A stretch of 64,000 nt of DNA from Desulfoluna sp. (GCF_030145185.1 NZ_JAQYWB010000026.1:7454-71453); one strand, 5' to 3'. Counted from the first letter of the stretch, positions 10,633 to 20,438 are shown. The notes: generated from the letters alone by a model not told the origin. Numbers and translations are program-made.

Positions 10633-12003
10633 TCAGGCGCAGGCACCCACCATGTGAAGGACCTCATCGTTCCGGTTGGCGGCACACCAGATTCGCATGC
10701 GCTGGGCATCTCGAACCAGGTCGTCCCTGAAATCAGGGTGGGCGATGCTGATCAAGGCCTCGGCCCGTTCCCAGGTCGACTTGCCTTTGAGGGAAACCAT
10801 GCCGTATTCGGTGACCACATACTCGGTAATGGACCGGGGCAGGGTCACAACGGTGCCGGGATCGAAGACCGGCTTGATGCGGGAAATCAGCTGGCCCTCT
10901 TTATTGCGGGCCGTTGACGAGAGGCAGATAAAGGATTTTCCCCCCTTGGAATGGTACGCGCCATAAGCGAAATCAAATTGTCCGCCGGTTCCGGTGATAT
11001 GCCGGTACCCTGCGGATTCGGAAGAGACCTGACCGTAGAGATCCACCTCCAGGGCGTTGTTGATCGAGACCACCCGATCATTGGCTGCGATGTTGAACAG
11101 GCCGTTGGTATAATCGACGGCGTAGCTGGCGCAGGCGGGGTTGTTGTCAAGAAAGTCATAGAGCCGCTGGCTTCCCAGGGCAAAGGCGTACACCATTTTG
11201 CCCCGATCCTTGGCCTTTTCACTGTTGGTGATCTTCCCGGCCTCATACATCTCGAGGTAAGAGTCGGCAAGCATCTCGGTGTGCACCCCGAGGTTCTTCA
11301 ACTCTGACTGTGCGATGAGCTTGCCCACCGCATTGGGCATGCCTCCGATCCCCAACTGAATACAGGCCCCATCCTCGATCTGCTGAACGATCAGGGTGGC
11401 GATGGCCTTGTCCACGACGGTCACGGCAGAATCCGGCAGGGTCAGAAGCGATTTGTTGTCCGACTCCACCACAAAATCCACTTCAGAGATGTGAATCGAC
11501 TCCTCAGCCCCTCCGAGGCAGCGGGGTATATTCTCGTTCACTTCCACAATCACTTTGTGGGCACTTTCGATGATCGCCCGCTGAAAAGAGTTGGCGATGC
11601 CGAAGTTAAAGTTTCCGAAACAATCCATGGGAGCCACGCGCAGCATGCAGACATCGCTTCGAAGATTCTTTCGATAATGGGACGGCCCTTCATGGTAAAC
11701 AAAAGGAATAAAATGGCAGTTGCCCCTATCGTGACTCTTGCGCTCACCACCGCTGAAATGCCAGCTGTTATAAATGAATCGGCCACTCTCCGGGTCCCCT
11801 TTGGAGACCGCGGCCACTCCGGGAAAGGCCAGGGCTCGAACCTTCACATCCCACAGGTCATCCTGCCGCATCGCAAGGGCCGCATCCAGAAATTCCGGGG
11901 CACAACAAAACGCCCCATAATCCACCCAGTCTCCCGGGTTGACGATGGAAACCGCATCTGTTGCCGAAACGAGTTTATTCTTGTAATCACTCCTGAAACC
12001 CAT
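10633..12003 (-). CDS. acetyl-CoA hydrolase/transferase-family CoA-transferase (Cat1/ScpC/4-hydroxybutyrate CoA-transferase-like)
   Basis: 456 aa from MGFRSDYKN (RBS GGGAGGGG). Family-wide similarity including the GxGGxxD-like region. Confidence 0.8.
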   Translation of the reverse strand: MGFRSDYKNKLVSATDAVSIVNPGDWVDYGAFCCAPEFLDAALAMRQDDLWDVKVRALAFPGVAAVSKGDPESGRFIYNSWHFSGGERKSHDRGNCHFIPFVYHEGPSHYRKNLRSDVCMLRVAPMDCFGNFNFGIANSFQRAIIESAHKVIVEVNENIPRCLGGAEESIHISEVDFVVESDNKSLLTLPDSAVTVVDKAIATLIVQQIEDGACIQLGIGGMPNAVGKLIAQSELKNLGVHTEMLADSYLEMYEAGKITNSEKAKDRGKMVYAFALGSQRLYDFLDNNPACASYAVDYTNGLFNIAANDRVVSINNALEVDLYGQVSSESAGYRHITGTGGQFDFAYGAYHSKGGKSFICLSSTARNKEGQLISRIKPVFDPGTVVTLPRSITEYVVTEYGMVSLKGKSTWERAEALISIAHPDFRDDLVRDAQRMRIWCAANRNDEVLHMVGACA

Positions 12004-12211
12004 AACCCCTCCCTGTGAGATGATGATTCTTACCGCTGGTGCCTGGCGGGCACCCCCCTGCAGGGAATGTGGGAGACCCTGCTTTCTTTGGGGGATGCTT
12101 CCGCACGACATGGCCCACGGTTACGCCGAACCAGTGAAACCGGGTGAGGAACCCGGTGACGATTCTTTCTCACCGTTACTCGACGTATACGCCGTTTCAT
12201 GACGTAATCAG

Positions 12212-12228
12212 TGGCAACAAATGTGCCA
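12212..12228 (-). promoter_or_regulatory. sigma-54 (-24/-12) promoter for the CoA-transferase/ACAD operon
   Basis: Minus strand reads TGGCACatttgTTGCCA, with GG and GC at consensus spacing, about 200 nt upstream of the start at 12003. Confidence 0.7.
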
Positions 12229-12316
12229 TCTCTTTCAACAAGGAGACATCCCTCTGTTTTTTGTCATAAAAAAACAATAAATGAGCGCCCCTCCAAAAAC
12301 AGACGAGGGGAAGCAA

Positions 12317-12334
12317 TGTGGCTATTTCGCCACA
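12317..12334. promoter_or_regulatory. palindromic candidate enhancer/UAS TGTGGC-tatttc-GCCACA
   Basis: About 100 bp upstream of the sigma-54 promoter. The half-site GTGGCTATTTC recurs at 12412-12422. Confidence 0.5.
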
Positions 12335-12415
12335 CCGCGTTCCCCTCTGCCTGCCGTTCATCGTTTGGTTAAAGTAGTTTAGGTCGCCTTGTGGCGATAC
12401 AGCCCCATATAGTGG

Positions 12416-14698
12416 CTATTTCAATCCATACTTGCGCATCTTGGTAAAAAGAGTTTTCCGGTGAATGCCAAGCATCTCCGCCGTGCGCCCCCTCTGCCAG
12501 CGAGTCTTGTCCAACGCATGCTCGATCATCTGCCGTTCAAAAGCCTCCACGGCGTGGGTGAGCCCCGTCCCGGTATCGGGCAGATCCATCTCCACATCAT
12601 ACGCCTCCGACTCCGTCTCCATGAGCTCCATGAAATCAATCTTTCGCAGGGTCACATAGCGCTTCAGCACATTCTGCAGCTCCCGAATATTGCCCGGCCA
12701 GTGATACCGGGTAAATGCGGCAAGAATTCGGCCGGTGATAGGGGGAACCTCCTTTCCAGAGGCGTACATGGACAAAAAATGATCGATGAGAAGCGGCAGG
12801 TCATCCTTGCGCTTTCGAAGGGGTGGCAGCTTGATGGGGATGATATGGACCCGATAGTAAAAATCCTCCCGCATGAGCCCTTTTTGCACCAGCTCCTTAA
12901 GGTTCCGGTTGGTGGCGGCCACAATACGGATATTGGGTTTTCGAACGAGGGTGCCCCCCACCGGCGTGTACCCGCTGCCCTCAATGGCTCTTAAGAGCTT
13001 GACCTGCATGTTGAGACCGATCTCACCAATCTCATCGAGAAAAAGGGTGCCCTCATCGGCGATATCGAGGAAGCCTTTCTTATCGGAACTGGCACCGGTA
13101 AAGGCCCCCTTTTTGTAACCAAAAAACTCACTTTCAATAATGTTCTCGCTGATGGCCCCACAGTTGACCGGCACAAAAGGTTTCGCGCTTCGATCGCTCA
13201 TGCGGTGAATCGCCCGGGCCACGAGTTCCTTGCCTGTCCCCGACTCCCCGTAGACCATCACGTGAACGCTGGTGGCAGCGGCCTTGAGAATCAGCTCATA
13301 GACCTCCTGCATCACCTCACTCTTGCCCACAATGTCACCAAATTTGTATCGCTCCCGGATCGTGGACCGCAGCCGGAGATTCTCCTTGCGTAAATGTTTG
13401 GCACTCTCGGCGATGGCCTCTTCGGTGAGCTTTCGATCCGTGATATCCAGCACAATGGACTGCACCTTGATCACGGCGCGATCGCTGTCAAAAATCGGGG
13501 TGCGCACCGCAAAGTACCAGCGATCGTCATGGGGGCTCTTGACCTCTTGGCGCACCGTCTGCCCGGTAAACACCTCCTCGGTACACCAGGGACAAGGCTT
13601 ATCCAGACCGTAGATCACCTTGTAACACATCTCCCCCACCGCATTCCGTCCGATCCACTCTTCCAGGGTCCGGTTGATAAACTCCAGCCTTCGGTCCACC
13701 GTAATGATGTAGATAAAGCCTTCAAAGGTCGTCAGAATAGCCGAGAGCTTGGCCTCACTCTCCCTCAGGTTATTCTCCGCCAGCTTCCGTTCGGTGATGT
13801 CCATAAACGAGGCGATGCTGTTCATGGTGCCGGGAATCAAGCCCACCTTCATATAAATATAGGTCAGATTCCCGGCCTTCCCATGAATCCGGCACTCATA
13901 CTCAATGGGGATATCCGACCCCGGTTTTCGCCGGCCGTAATGGTAGCGCTGCATCCGGTCCAGATCCTCAGGGACCACAAACTGAGACCACTTCATCCGG
14001 GTATCGATCTCCGCACGGGTGTACCCCACCATGGCCTCGAAGCGTTCGTTGGAAAAAAGAATCGTCATCTCATGATCGATGATGATGGTCCCTGTGCCCG
14101 TGTTCTCAAAAACCGCCCGGTACATTTTCTCACTCTTGACCATGACCTCCATGGACCGAAGATGGCTTTCGCGCATTCTCAATCTCTGAACGGCCCCGCC
14201 CACCCCCCGGGCCAACACCTCAAGAAGATTCAGCTCCTCCGCATCAAAGAGATACCCCCCCGAGGCGTAAAGGGTCACCACCCAAGGCTCCCCGACCCCT
14301 GGGGACAGCAACAGGCTGACAGCGGCTGAATAGCCCATCTTCAAGGCGTCCTCCCTCCACCGGGAGAAATTGTAATCTGTGGCGATATTCTGAACAAGAC
14401 AGGTGCGCCTGTCAGCCAGAGCGATGGCCGCAGGACAGCCCCGCCCATCGGCCGCAGCCCCTCGAATCACCGCAAGATCAGGGCAGGAGGCCTCCAGCTG
14501 ACTGCCAGCCCTGACCGCCACCCGTTCATCGTCCGACTCCGGGAGCCCCCCCACCCAGGCATAGTCGTAAGGGCTCTCCTTCGAAAAGGAGAGAAGCCGA
14601 CAGAGCTTTTCAAGCAGCTCGTCTTCCGTTTGAGAATGAATCAAGAGATTCAAAAAAGAGATATAGGCCCTGTGATTCTGCGCTCTGAGATCGTCCAT
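12416..14698 (-). CDS. sigma-54-dependent transcriptional activator with GAF/PAS sensor domains
   Basis: AAA+ sigma-54 interaction domain (GESGTGKE, GAFTGA) and C-terminal HTH (EMLGIHRKTLFTKMRKY). PAS-like N-terminal region. Confidence 0.9.
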   Translation of the reverse strand: MDDLRAQNHRAYISFLNLLIHSQTEDELLEKLCRLLSFSKESPYDYAWVGGLPESDDERVAVRAGSQLEASCPDLAVIRGAAADGRGCPAAIALADRRTCLVQNIATDYNFSRWREDALKMGYSAAVSLLLSPGVGEPWVVTLYASGGYLFDAEELNLLEVLARGVGGAVQRLRMRESHLRSMEVMVKSEKMYRAVFENTGTGTIIIDHEMTILFSNERFEAMVGYTRAEIDTRMKWSQFVVPEDLDRMQRYHYGRRKPGSDIPIEYECRIHGKAGNLTYIYMKVGLIPGTMNSIASFMDITERKLAENNLRESEAKLSAILTTFEGFIYIITVDRRLEFINRTLEEWIGRNAVGEMCYKVIYGLDKPCPWCTEEVFTGQTVRQEVKSPHDDRWYFAVRTPIFDSDRAVIKVQSIVLDITDRKLTEEAIAESAKHLRKENLRLRSTIRERYKFGDIVGKSEVMQEVYELILKAAATSVHVMVYGESGTGKELVARAIHRMSDRSAKPFVPVNCGAISENIIESEFFGYKKGAFTGASSDKKGFLDIADEGTLFLDEIGEIGLNMQVKLLRAIEGSGYTPVGGTLVRKPNIRIVAATNRNLKELVQKGLMREDFYYRVHIIPIKLPPLRKRKDDLPLLIDHFLSMYASGKEVPPITGRILAAFTRYHWPGNIRELQNVLKRYVTLRKIDFMELMETESEAYDVEMDLPDTGTGLTHAVEAFERQMIEHALDKTRWQRGRTAEMLGIHRKTLFTKMRKYGLK

Positions 14699-14982
14699 GA
14701 TACGTTGGCCTCGTCGTAAAAGATAAACTCGTCACACGTCGATGCCCGAATACCCGCCACTTTCCCTGTGAATCAGGAGGATGAGGGCAGGACAAAACAA
14801 CGTGGCGGAATGGTAACACAGGGGCAGGGTAAGTTCAAAAATTACCCGGATGACTCCTGTTCTGATCATCACGACAGCGTTTCAAGCCAAAGGAGACATT
14901 GCAGAAAGGATGAAAATGCATTTAAGGTGTTTTAGCCTAAGTGGCTTCGCGACCCTTGCCGCCGGCAACCAGGCTAAAGATG

Positions 14983-15126
14983 CCTCCGGCGGCCCTGCCG
15001 GGGGCCAAACTTTTACCCGATTTTATAAAGACGGGTTTGACAAACAGGTCTTAAAAAACAATCTTGGGTAAATCTAAAGCGCATTTGCAACCTGCTTTCA
15101 AGGTGGCACACCTTGCCGCCGGAGGC
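14983..15126 (+). repeat. short composite repeat (left arm joined to right arm, core absent) with flanking auxiliary units
   Basis: GCCTCCGGCGGCCCTGCCGGGGGCCAAACTTTT ... GCATTTGCAACCTGCTTTCAAGGTGGCACACCTTGCCGCCGGAGGC. Confidence 0.8.
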
Positions 15127-15198
15127 ACGTTTTTGCCCCCGACTTTAGCCATAGAAGGCTGCTTTTCATGATCTGAACAGTGACAATAGAAGGAACGC

Positions 15199-16305
15199 AT
15201 GATGAATCGCTCATTTCAACAAGAGGCTTGTATAGACCTTCTGATCGCCCTGGCGGAGACACCGGGTCCGAGCCTGGGGGAGGCACCAAGAAGACAGGTA
15301 CTGGAGCAGTTTTTTGCAGAGCATGGCGTGGACTCACGTGTGGATGAGGCGGGAAACCTTCGGGTGCTTATAGGCGACGGCCCCTGGGAAGAGACGGTGG
15401 TCTTCGATGCCCACATGGATGTGGTTCAGGAAGGCTTTGAAGCAGAGGTGACCCGGGAAGGGGGCCGACTCATCGGCATGGGCGTGGCCGATGACCTCGC
15501 CGCCGTCAGCCTCCTGGCCCACCTGGCCGTGGACCTTTCAAAACAGGAAGCCCCTTTGAAGCGCCCCTTTTTGATCCTCTTCTCCACCGGCGAAGAGGGC
15601 GACGGCAACCTCAAAGGGGTCCGGCACCTGGTAAAAGAGAAAAAAACGCCGCCCCATCTCTTTGTCTCCTGTGACCTCAACTTCGACCATATTTCCTTAA
15701 CCGCTTTGGGATCCCGGCGCTATCGTATCACCGCCAAAGCCCCGGGCGGCCACAGCTGGAGCGACTTCGGCCTGCCAAGCGCCATCGACGCCCTCATGGC
15801 CCTTTTGACCGAGGTCAAAGAACGATTCGCCAAAACCAACGCCTCCCGCCCCGGTGAAGCCTCCTGCAATATCGGCACCTTCACCGGCGGGGAAGGGATC
15901 AACTCCATCGCAGCCAACGCCTCGGCCACCTTTGAGTTCCGAAGCGTCGATCCCCTCCTCCTCACCCAACTGGACCAGGACCTTCAAGAGTGCCTCGGAA
16001 ATCACCCCACCGAAGAAATCACCTTCACCTGCGCCCTCACCGGAGAACGCCCCGCCGCCCAGCCCGTGGATCGCGCCCGCATCGAACCCCTGGTCATCCA
16101 GACCATCCAAAACGCCACAGGGATCACCCCCACGGAGGTCCCCATGAGCACCAATATCAACCTCCCCCTCTCCCACGGCTGGCCATCCGTCTGCGTGGGC
16201 CTCTGCCAAAGCGGCCGCTTCCACAGCCACGAGGAATTTCTCGTCATCGATTCTCTGGCACAGGGCTGGGAGGTGCTGCAAGCGGTTATGAAAGAGATGG
16301 GATAA
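15199..16305 (+). CDS. M20-family metallopeptidase (ArgE/DapE/peptidase T-like)
   Basis: DAHMDVV and GVADD metal-ligand motifs at 368 aa. RBS GAAGGA. Confidence 0.7.
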   Translation: MMNRSFQQEACIDLLIALAETPGPSLGEAPRRQVLEQFFAEHGVDSRVDEAGNLRVLIGDGPWEETVVFDAHMDVVQEGFEAEVTREGGRLIGMGVADDLAAVSLLAHLAVDLSKQEAPLKRPFLILFSTGEEGDGNLKGVRHLVKEKKTPPHLFVSCDLNFDHISLTALGSRRYRITAKAPGGHSWSDFGLPSAIDALMALLTEVKERFAKTNASRPGEASCNIGTFTGGEGINSIAANASATFEFRSVDPLLLTQLDQDLQECLGNHPTEEITFTCALTGERPAAQPVDRARIEPLVIQTIQNATGITPTEVPMSTNINLPLSHGWPSVCVGLCQSGRFHSHEEFLVIDSLAQGWEVLQAVMKEMG

Positions 16306-16348
16306 GGGAAAGAAAGGTCAAAGGGAAAAAAATATCAAAGGGGAAAAA

Positions 16349-16970
16349 GCCTCCGGCGGCAAGGTGTGCCACCTTGAAAGCAGGTTGCGAATGCGTGGAG
16401 GCCGTCTTTATCCATGCGCTTTCGGGGCATTCGCTCGAAGGATGAAATATAACGACCGTCACGGCAGGAGACACCGATTTCATTCTTCCGAAAAACCTGG
16501 GAGCGGGGCCGTTCTGCTGAACGGCCCTCACCGCCTGAGTGATTCCCGTTAAAGCCATGAGTTCCCTGTTCATCCCAGGCCCCAATATCACCCACACCGG
16601 TGAGATTACGGCGGCATCGTAGGGTGGGCAAAGCGCGAATAATGTTCGTTCCTAAGACCCCATGCCCTTGTGGCACACGGTGCAGGGCCTTAAACTCTGC
16701 GCGAATGCGAACGCATTGCCGCCACAAATGACGACACCCGATGCGCATTCGCAAACCCGCTTTCGAGGAGGTTCACCTCGCCGCCGGAGTTATTCCGGTT
16801 AATATCAACCCATGAGTTGATACGGAAGCACCGGTAACGTATGCGCTTGCGACACACGAGGCACCCCCTCACCCTTCACGCGGACGCGGACGCGGGGTGC
16901 CGCAAGTACCGATAGCCGGGGAGCATTCGCAAACCCGCTTTCAAGGTGGCGTCACCTTGCCGCCGGAGGC
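16349..16970. repeat. cluster of three right-arm repeat units (16349-16440 reverse, 16700-16788 forward, 16921-16970 forward) in a 650-bp gene-free gap
   Basis: Each unit contains GCGAATGC...GCATTCGC and CAAGGTGNGCCACCTTG hairpins. The last unit provides the PatB stop. Confidence 0.8.
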
Positions 16971-18109
16971 ATGCTTTTTAGCGTTTCGATCGCTTTTTCC
17001 ATGCGATCCAAGGCCTCTTGCAGGACAGCTCTTGTGCAGGCGAAATTAAGCCGGAGCCATCCGGGGGCGTCGAAGTGGGCACCATCTGAGAGCCCCACGC
17101 CGCCTGCTTCAAAAAAAGCGGCGGGGTCTTTCACCCCGAGATCCCTGGCATCCATCCAGATGAGATAGGTGGCTTCCGGGAGGAGGGGTTTCAGCCCTTT
17201 CATGGCGGCAAGGCGCTTAAAGGCGTAGTCACGGTTTTCTTTGAGATACGATAAAACCTCTTTGAGCCAGGGGCTGCCGTGGATGTAGGCGGCCGTGGCC
17301 CCTTCGTAGCCCATGAGGTTCACATAAGGAACGATCCCGTCCATGGCGGCTTTAAAGCGGGTGCGAAGCGTTTCGTCTTCGATAATGGCCATGGCGCAGC
17401 CAAGGCCGGGGATGTTAAAGGTCTTGCTCGGGGCCATGAGGGTGACGGTACGGGCGGCCGCGACTTTTGAAAGGGAGGCGGTGGGGATGTGTTTTCTGGA
17501 CTCGTCCATCACCAGGTCCGCGTGAATCTCATCGGAGCAGATCAGGATATCCCGCTCCTCACAGAAGTCGACGATGCCGGAGAGTTCTTCTTTCGTCAAC
17601 AGGGTTCCACCGGGATTATAAGGAGAGCAGAGCATGAGAAGTTTTGTCTCGGGGGTGACCTGGGCTTCCAGGACATCTCGGTTGATCACAAGCCGCCCGT
17701 TCTCCACGGGCAGAGACACCTTCACCATCTCTCGCCGGGCGTTTTTCGCCGCCGATAAAAAAGGCGGGTAGGCGGGGCTGGGCACGGCGATGGCCTCTGT
17801 TTCTCCCACGAGCCGCGCTGCCACATTAAATCCCGTCACCACCCCGGGAATAAAAAGGAGACAATCCCTCTCCACCTTCCAGCCAAAATGTTTCTCAATG
17901 TGCCCCAGCGCAGCCTCATACAAGGCATCACTGGGAAGCGTATACCCGTAGACAGGATGTCCCGCGCGCCGAACCAGCGCCGTGGTCACGGCCTCGGGTG
18001 CTGCAAAATCCATATCCGCGACCCAAAGGGGCAGCACATCCTCCCCCTTAAACCACTCCCACTTCACACTCGACGTCCCTTTTCGGTCAACGGGCCGGTC
18101 AAAATTCAT
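16952..18109 (-). CDS. PatB/MalY-family C-S lyase (cystathionine beta-lyase-type aminotransferase, class I/II)
   Basis: 385 aa with N-terminal MNFDRPVDRKGTSSVKW typical of PatB/MalY and the PLP-lysine region SKTFNIPGLG. Confidence 0.85.
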   Translation of the reverse strand: MNFDRPVDRKGTSSVKWEWFKGEDVLPLWVADMDFAAPEAVTTALVRRAGHPVYGYTLPSDALYEAALGHIEKHFGWKVERDCLLFIPGVVTGFNVAARLVGETEAIAVPSPAYPPFLSAAKNARREMVKVSLPVENGRLVINRDVLEAQVTPETKLLMLCSPYNPGGTLLTKEELSGIVDFCEERDILICSDEIHADLVMDESRKHIPTASLSKVAAARTVTLMAPSKTFNIPGLGCAMAIIEDETLRTRFKAAMDGIVPYVNLMGYEGATAAYIHGSPWLKEVLSYLKENRDYAFKRLAAMKGLKPLLPEATYLIWMDARDLGVKDPAAFFEAGGVGLSDGAHFDAPGWLRLNFACTRAVLQEALDRMEKAIETLKSMPPAAR

Positions 18110-18205
18110 AAAAACTCCTTGTGATTAAAATCAGGGGCAGCGCCCCGGCAGGGTGAATATACCCCTGACGGAGACGAGGGGCCAGAAAAAATGCGGTGTT
18201 TGGAC

Positions 18206-18578
18206 GTAACTGTTCAGCTTACGCCTCCGGCGGCCCTGCCGGGGGCCAAACTTTTGAAAAGTTTGACAAACAGGCTTTTATGAGGAAACCCAATCAATTC
18301 ATGTTTGAAGGCGGATGTGATTTGACCCGAGGGATCCGCCTACGCAAAAGCCTTCGGCGTGACAAGTCCGCCTACGCAAAAGCCTCCGGCGTGACAAGTC
18401 CGCCTACGCCCATGTCTATGCGCCACCATTCGACCAACGTCAATGGGCTACGGCGCGACAAGCGATCCGTCTTCGCCTGCGGCTACTCCGTGACATGGGG
18501 GCAAAACGCATCCGCAATCTGCTTTCAAGGTGGCACACCTTGCCGCCGGAGGCTGCTTTTCATGAGCTGAATAGTTAC
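18206..18578 (+). repeat. composite repeat element, copy B (full length, with outer inverted repeat GTAACTGTTCAGC / GCTGAATAGTTAC)
   Basis: Inner TIR GCCTCCGGCGGC (18223) ... GCCGCCGGAGGC (18553). An internal 31-nt unit is duplicated relative to copies A and C. Confidence 0.9.
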
Positions 18579-18800
18579 AAACCGACGCAAAGAAACACCG
18601 ACTGGAAACCAGCACGTATTCATCCCGGGAGGCCCTTGAAAGTCCGGCCCCCATGTCCGCATCCCCTGCCCCGTCACACCAACGCTTGACAATCACCCGA
18701 TTGAACATGTAAATCCTTCCGGAATAAACTCTTCACAACAACCGCAACCGAGAAAGCCCACCTGGGTCTCCTCCGTGCACGAACCCAATGGGAACTCCTG

Positions 18801-20438
18801 ATGTTCGAATCTGTACCATCCTGGTGGCACGCCACTGCCGCAAACGACGCTCCCGTCGATATTCGCAAGGCCCTTGAAACCATTGACCGCCCCTTCTACC
18901 TGGTGGACACCGGCAACGGGCCGGAGGCCCACACCTCGGGAGAGGTCCGCGTCGGATGCGGAAAACCCGGTCATGACTGGCTGCCGGCCCTGGCCACGGT
19001 CCGTCCCCTGCCCATCTCCAAGCTCGGATCCCGCAGCTTTCTCAAGCGGCACGGGTTGCGTTTTCCTTATATCATGGGGGCCATGGCCAACGGCATCACC
19101 AGCGAAGCCATGGTGGAGGCGGCCGGGAAAAACGGCATGATTGGATTTTTCGGTGCCGGAGGCTGCAGCGTCACCCGCATTAAAGAGGCCATCTCCCGCC
19201 TCAAAAAAGCCGCCCAGGCCGACCCTTTCCCCTTTGGCTTCAATTTTCTTCATCACCACGGCGCCCCCGAAGCGGAGATGGTCCTGTGTGAGCTCTACCT
19301 TAAGGAAGAGATCCGCTGCGTCAGCGCGGCCGCCTTTCTCACCATGACCGCCGCCCTGGTGCGCTACCGGGTCACGGGCATTCACCTGGGAGCGGATGGG
19401 CAGGTGGTGGTGCCCAATAAAATCATCGCAAAGCTATCTCGGGAAGAGCTCGCCGAAAAATTCATGACCCCTCCCCCGGCCGAGATCCTGAAAAAGCTTC
19501 ACGCCCGGGGCCTTATCTCCGACACCGAGATGGCCCTGGCCCCCCGCATCCCCATGGCCGATGATATCACCGCAGAGGCCGACTCTGGAGGTCACACAGA
19601 CAACCGCCCGGCCCTGGCGCTTCTCCCGGCGATTCAGGCGGTCCGGGATCGGCTGATGGAAACCCACGGGTACCCGGAAAAAATCGGGGTCGGACTGGCC
19701 GGAGGCATCGCCGCCCCGGTCTCTGCCGCCGCCGCCTTTGCCATGGGCGCCGACTACATCTTAACCGGCACCGTCAATCAGGCCTGCCGAGAGGCTGGCA
19801 CCTCGAACAAGGTGAAGGCCCTGCTGGCCCAGGCCCGCCAGGCCGATATCACCATGGCTCCAGCCGCCGACATGTTCGAGATGGGCGGAAAAGTCCAGGT
19901 CCTGAAGCGAGGCACCCTGTTCGCCATGCGCGCCGCCCGGCTCCACGCCATCTACCAGTCCGCATCCAGCCTTGAAGACATCCCCGAGGCCGATCGCGCC
20001 TTTGTCGAACAGAAAATTTTCGGTAAAACCCTCAACGAGGTGTGGCAAGACACGAAACTGTTTTTTGAGGACCGGGACCCCACCCAGGTCATCAAAGCCG
20101 AAACCAACCCCCGGCACAAAATGGCCCTGGTCTTCCGAAGCTACCTCGGCCAGGCCTCCCTCTGGGCCATCCAGGGCCTTACGCAAAAATCCGGCGACTT
20201 CCAGATCTGGTGTGGACCGGCCATCGGCGCGTTCAACGCCTGGACCCAAGAGACCCCGCTTGCCAGGCCCGAAGGCCGGGACGTCACCACCGTCGCCTTC
20301 AACCTGTTGGTCGGCGCCTCCGTTGAGGCCCGCTCCCGCATCCTGGCCAGCCAGTTCCCCAGCCTTGCCGGAATCCGGTTTCTGCCCAGACCCCACGCCG
20401 AACTCTCCGGGTGCTCGATAGAAATTCATTCAGCTTAG
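18801..20438 (+). CDS. PfaD-family enoyl reductase-like protein (polyunsaturated fatty acid/polyketide trans-acting ER homologue)
   Basis: 545 aa with RPFYLVDTG...FPYIMGAMANGITSEAMVEAAGKNGMIGFFGAGG, characteristic of PfaD / 2-nitropropane-dioxygenase-like FMN enzymes. No PKS genes adjacent. Confidence 0.7.
   Translation: MFESVPSWWHATAANDAPVDIRKALETIDRPFYLVDTGNGPEAHTSGEVRVGCGKPGHDWLPALATVRPLPISKLGSRSFLKRHGLRFPYIMGAMANGITSEAMVEAAGKNGMIGFFGAGGCSVTRIKEAISRLKKAAQADPFPFGFNFLHHHGAPEAEMVLCELYLKEEIRCVSAAAFLTMTAALVRYRVTGIHLGADGQVVVPNKIIAKLSREELAEKFMTPPPAEILKKLHARGLISDTEMALAPRIPMADDITAEADSGGHTDNRPALALLPAIQAVRDRLMETHGYPEKIGVGLAGGIAAPVSAAAAFAMGADYILTGTVNQACREAGTSNKVKALLAQARQADITMAPAADMFEMGGKVQVLKRGTLFAMRAARLHAIYQSASSLEDIPEADRAFVEQKIFGKTLNEVWQDTKLFFEDRDPTQVIKAETNPRHKMALVFRSYLGQASLWAIQGLTQKSGDFQIWCGPAIGAFNAWTQETPLARPEGRDVTTVAFNLLVGASVEARSRILASQFPSLAGIRFLPRPHAELSGCSIEIHSA

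Noticed and set aside
14850-15071. 73-aa ORF and similar small ORFs at 16335-16754, 18196-18570, 27044-27247, 27594-28190
   Set aside because: They lie inside repeat-family elements and their sequences recur wherever the repeat recurs. The repeats are structured nucleic-acid elements, not genes.
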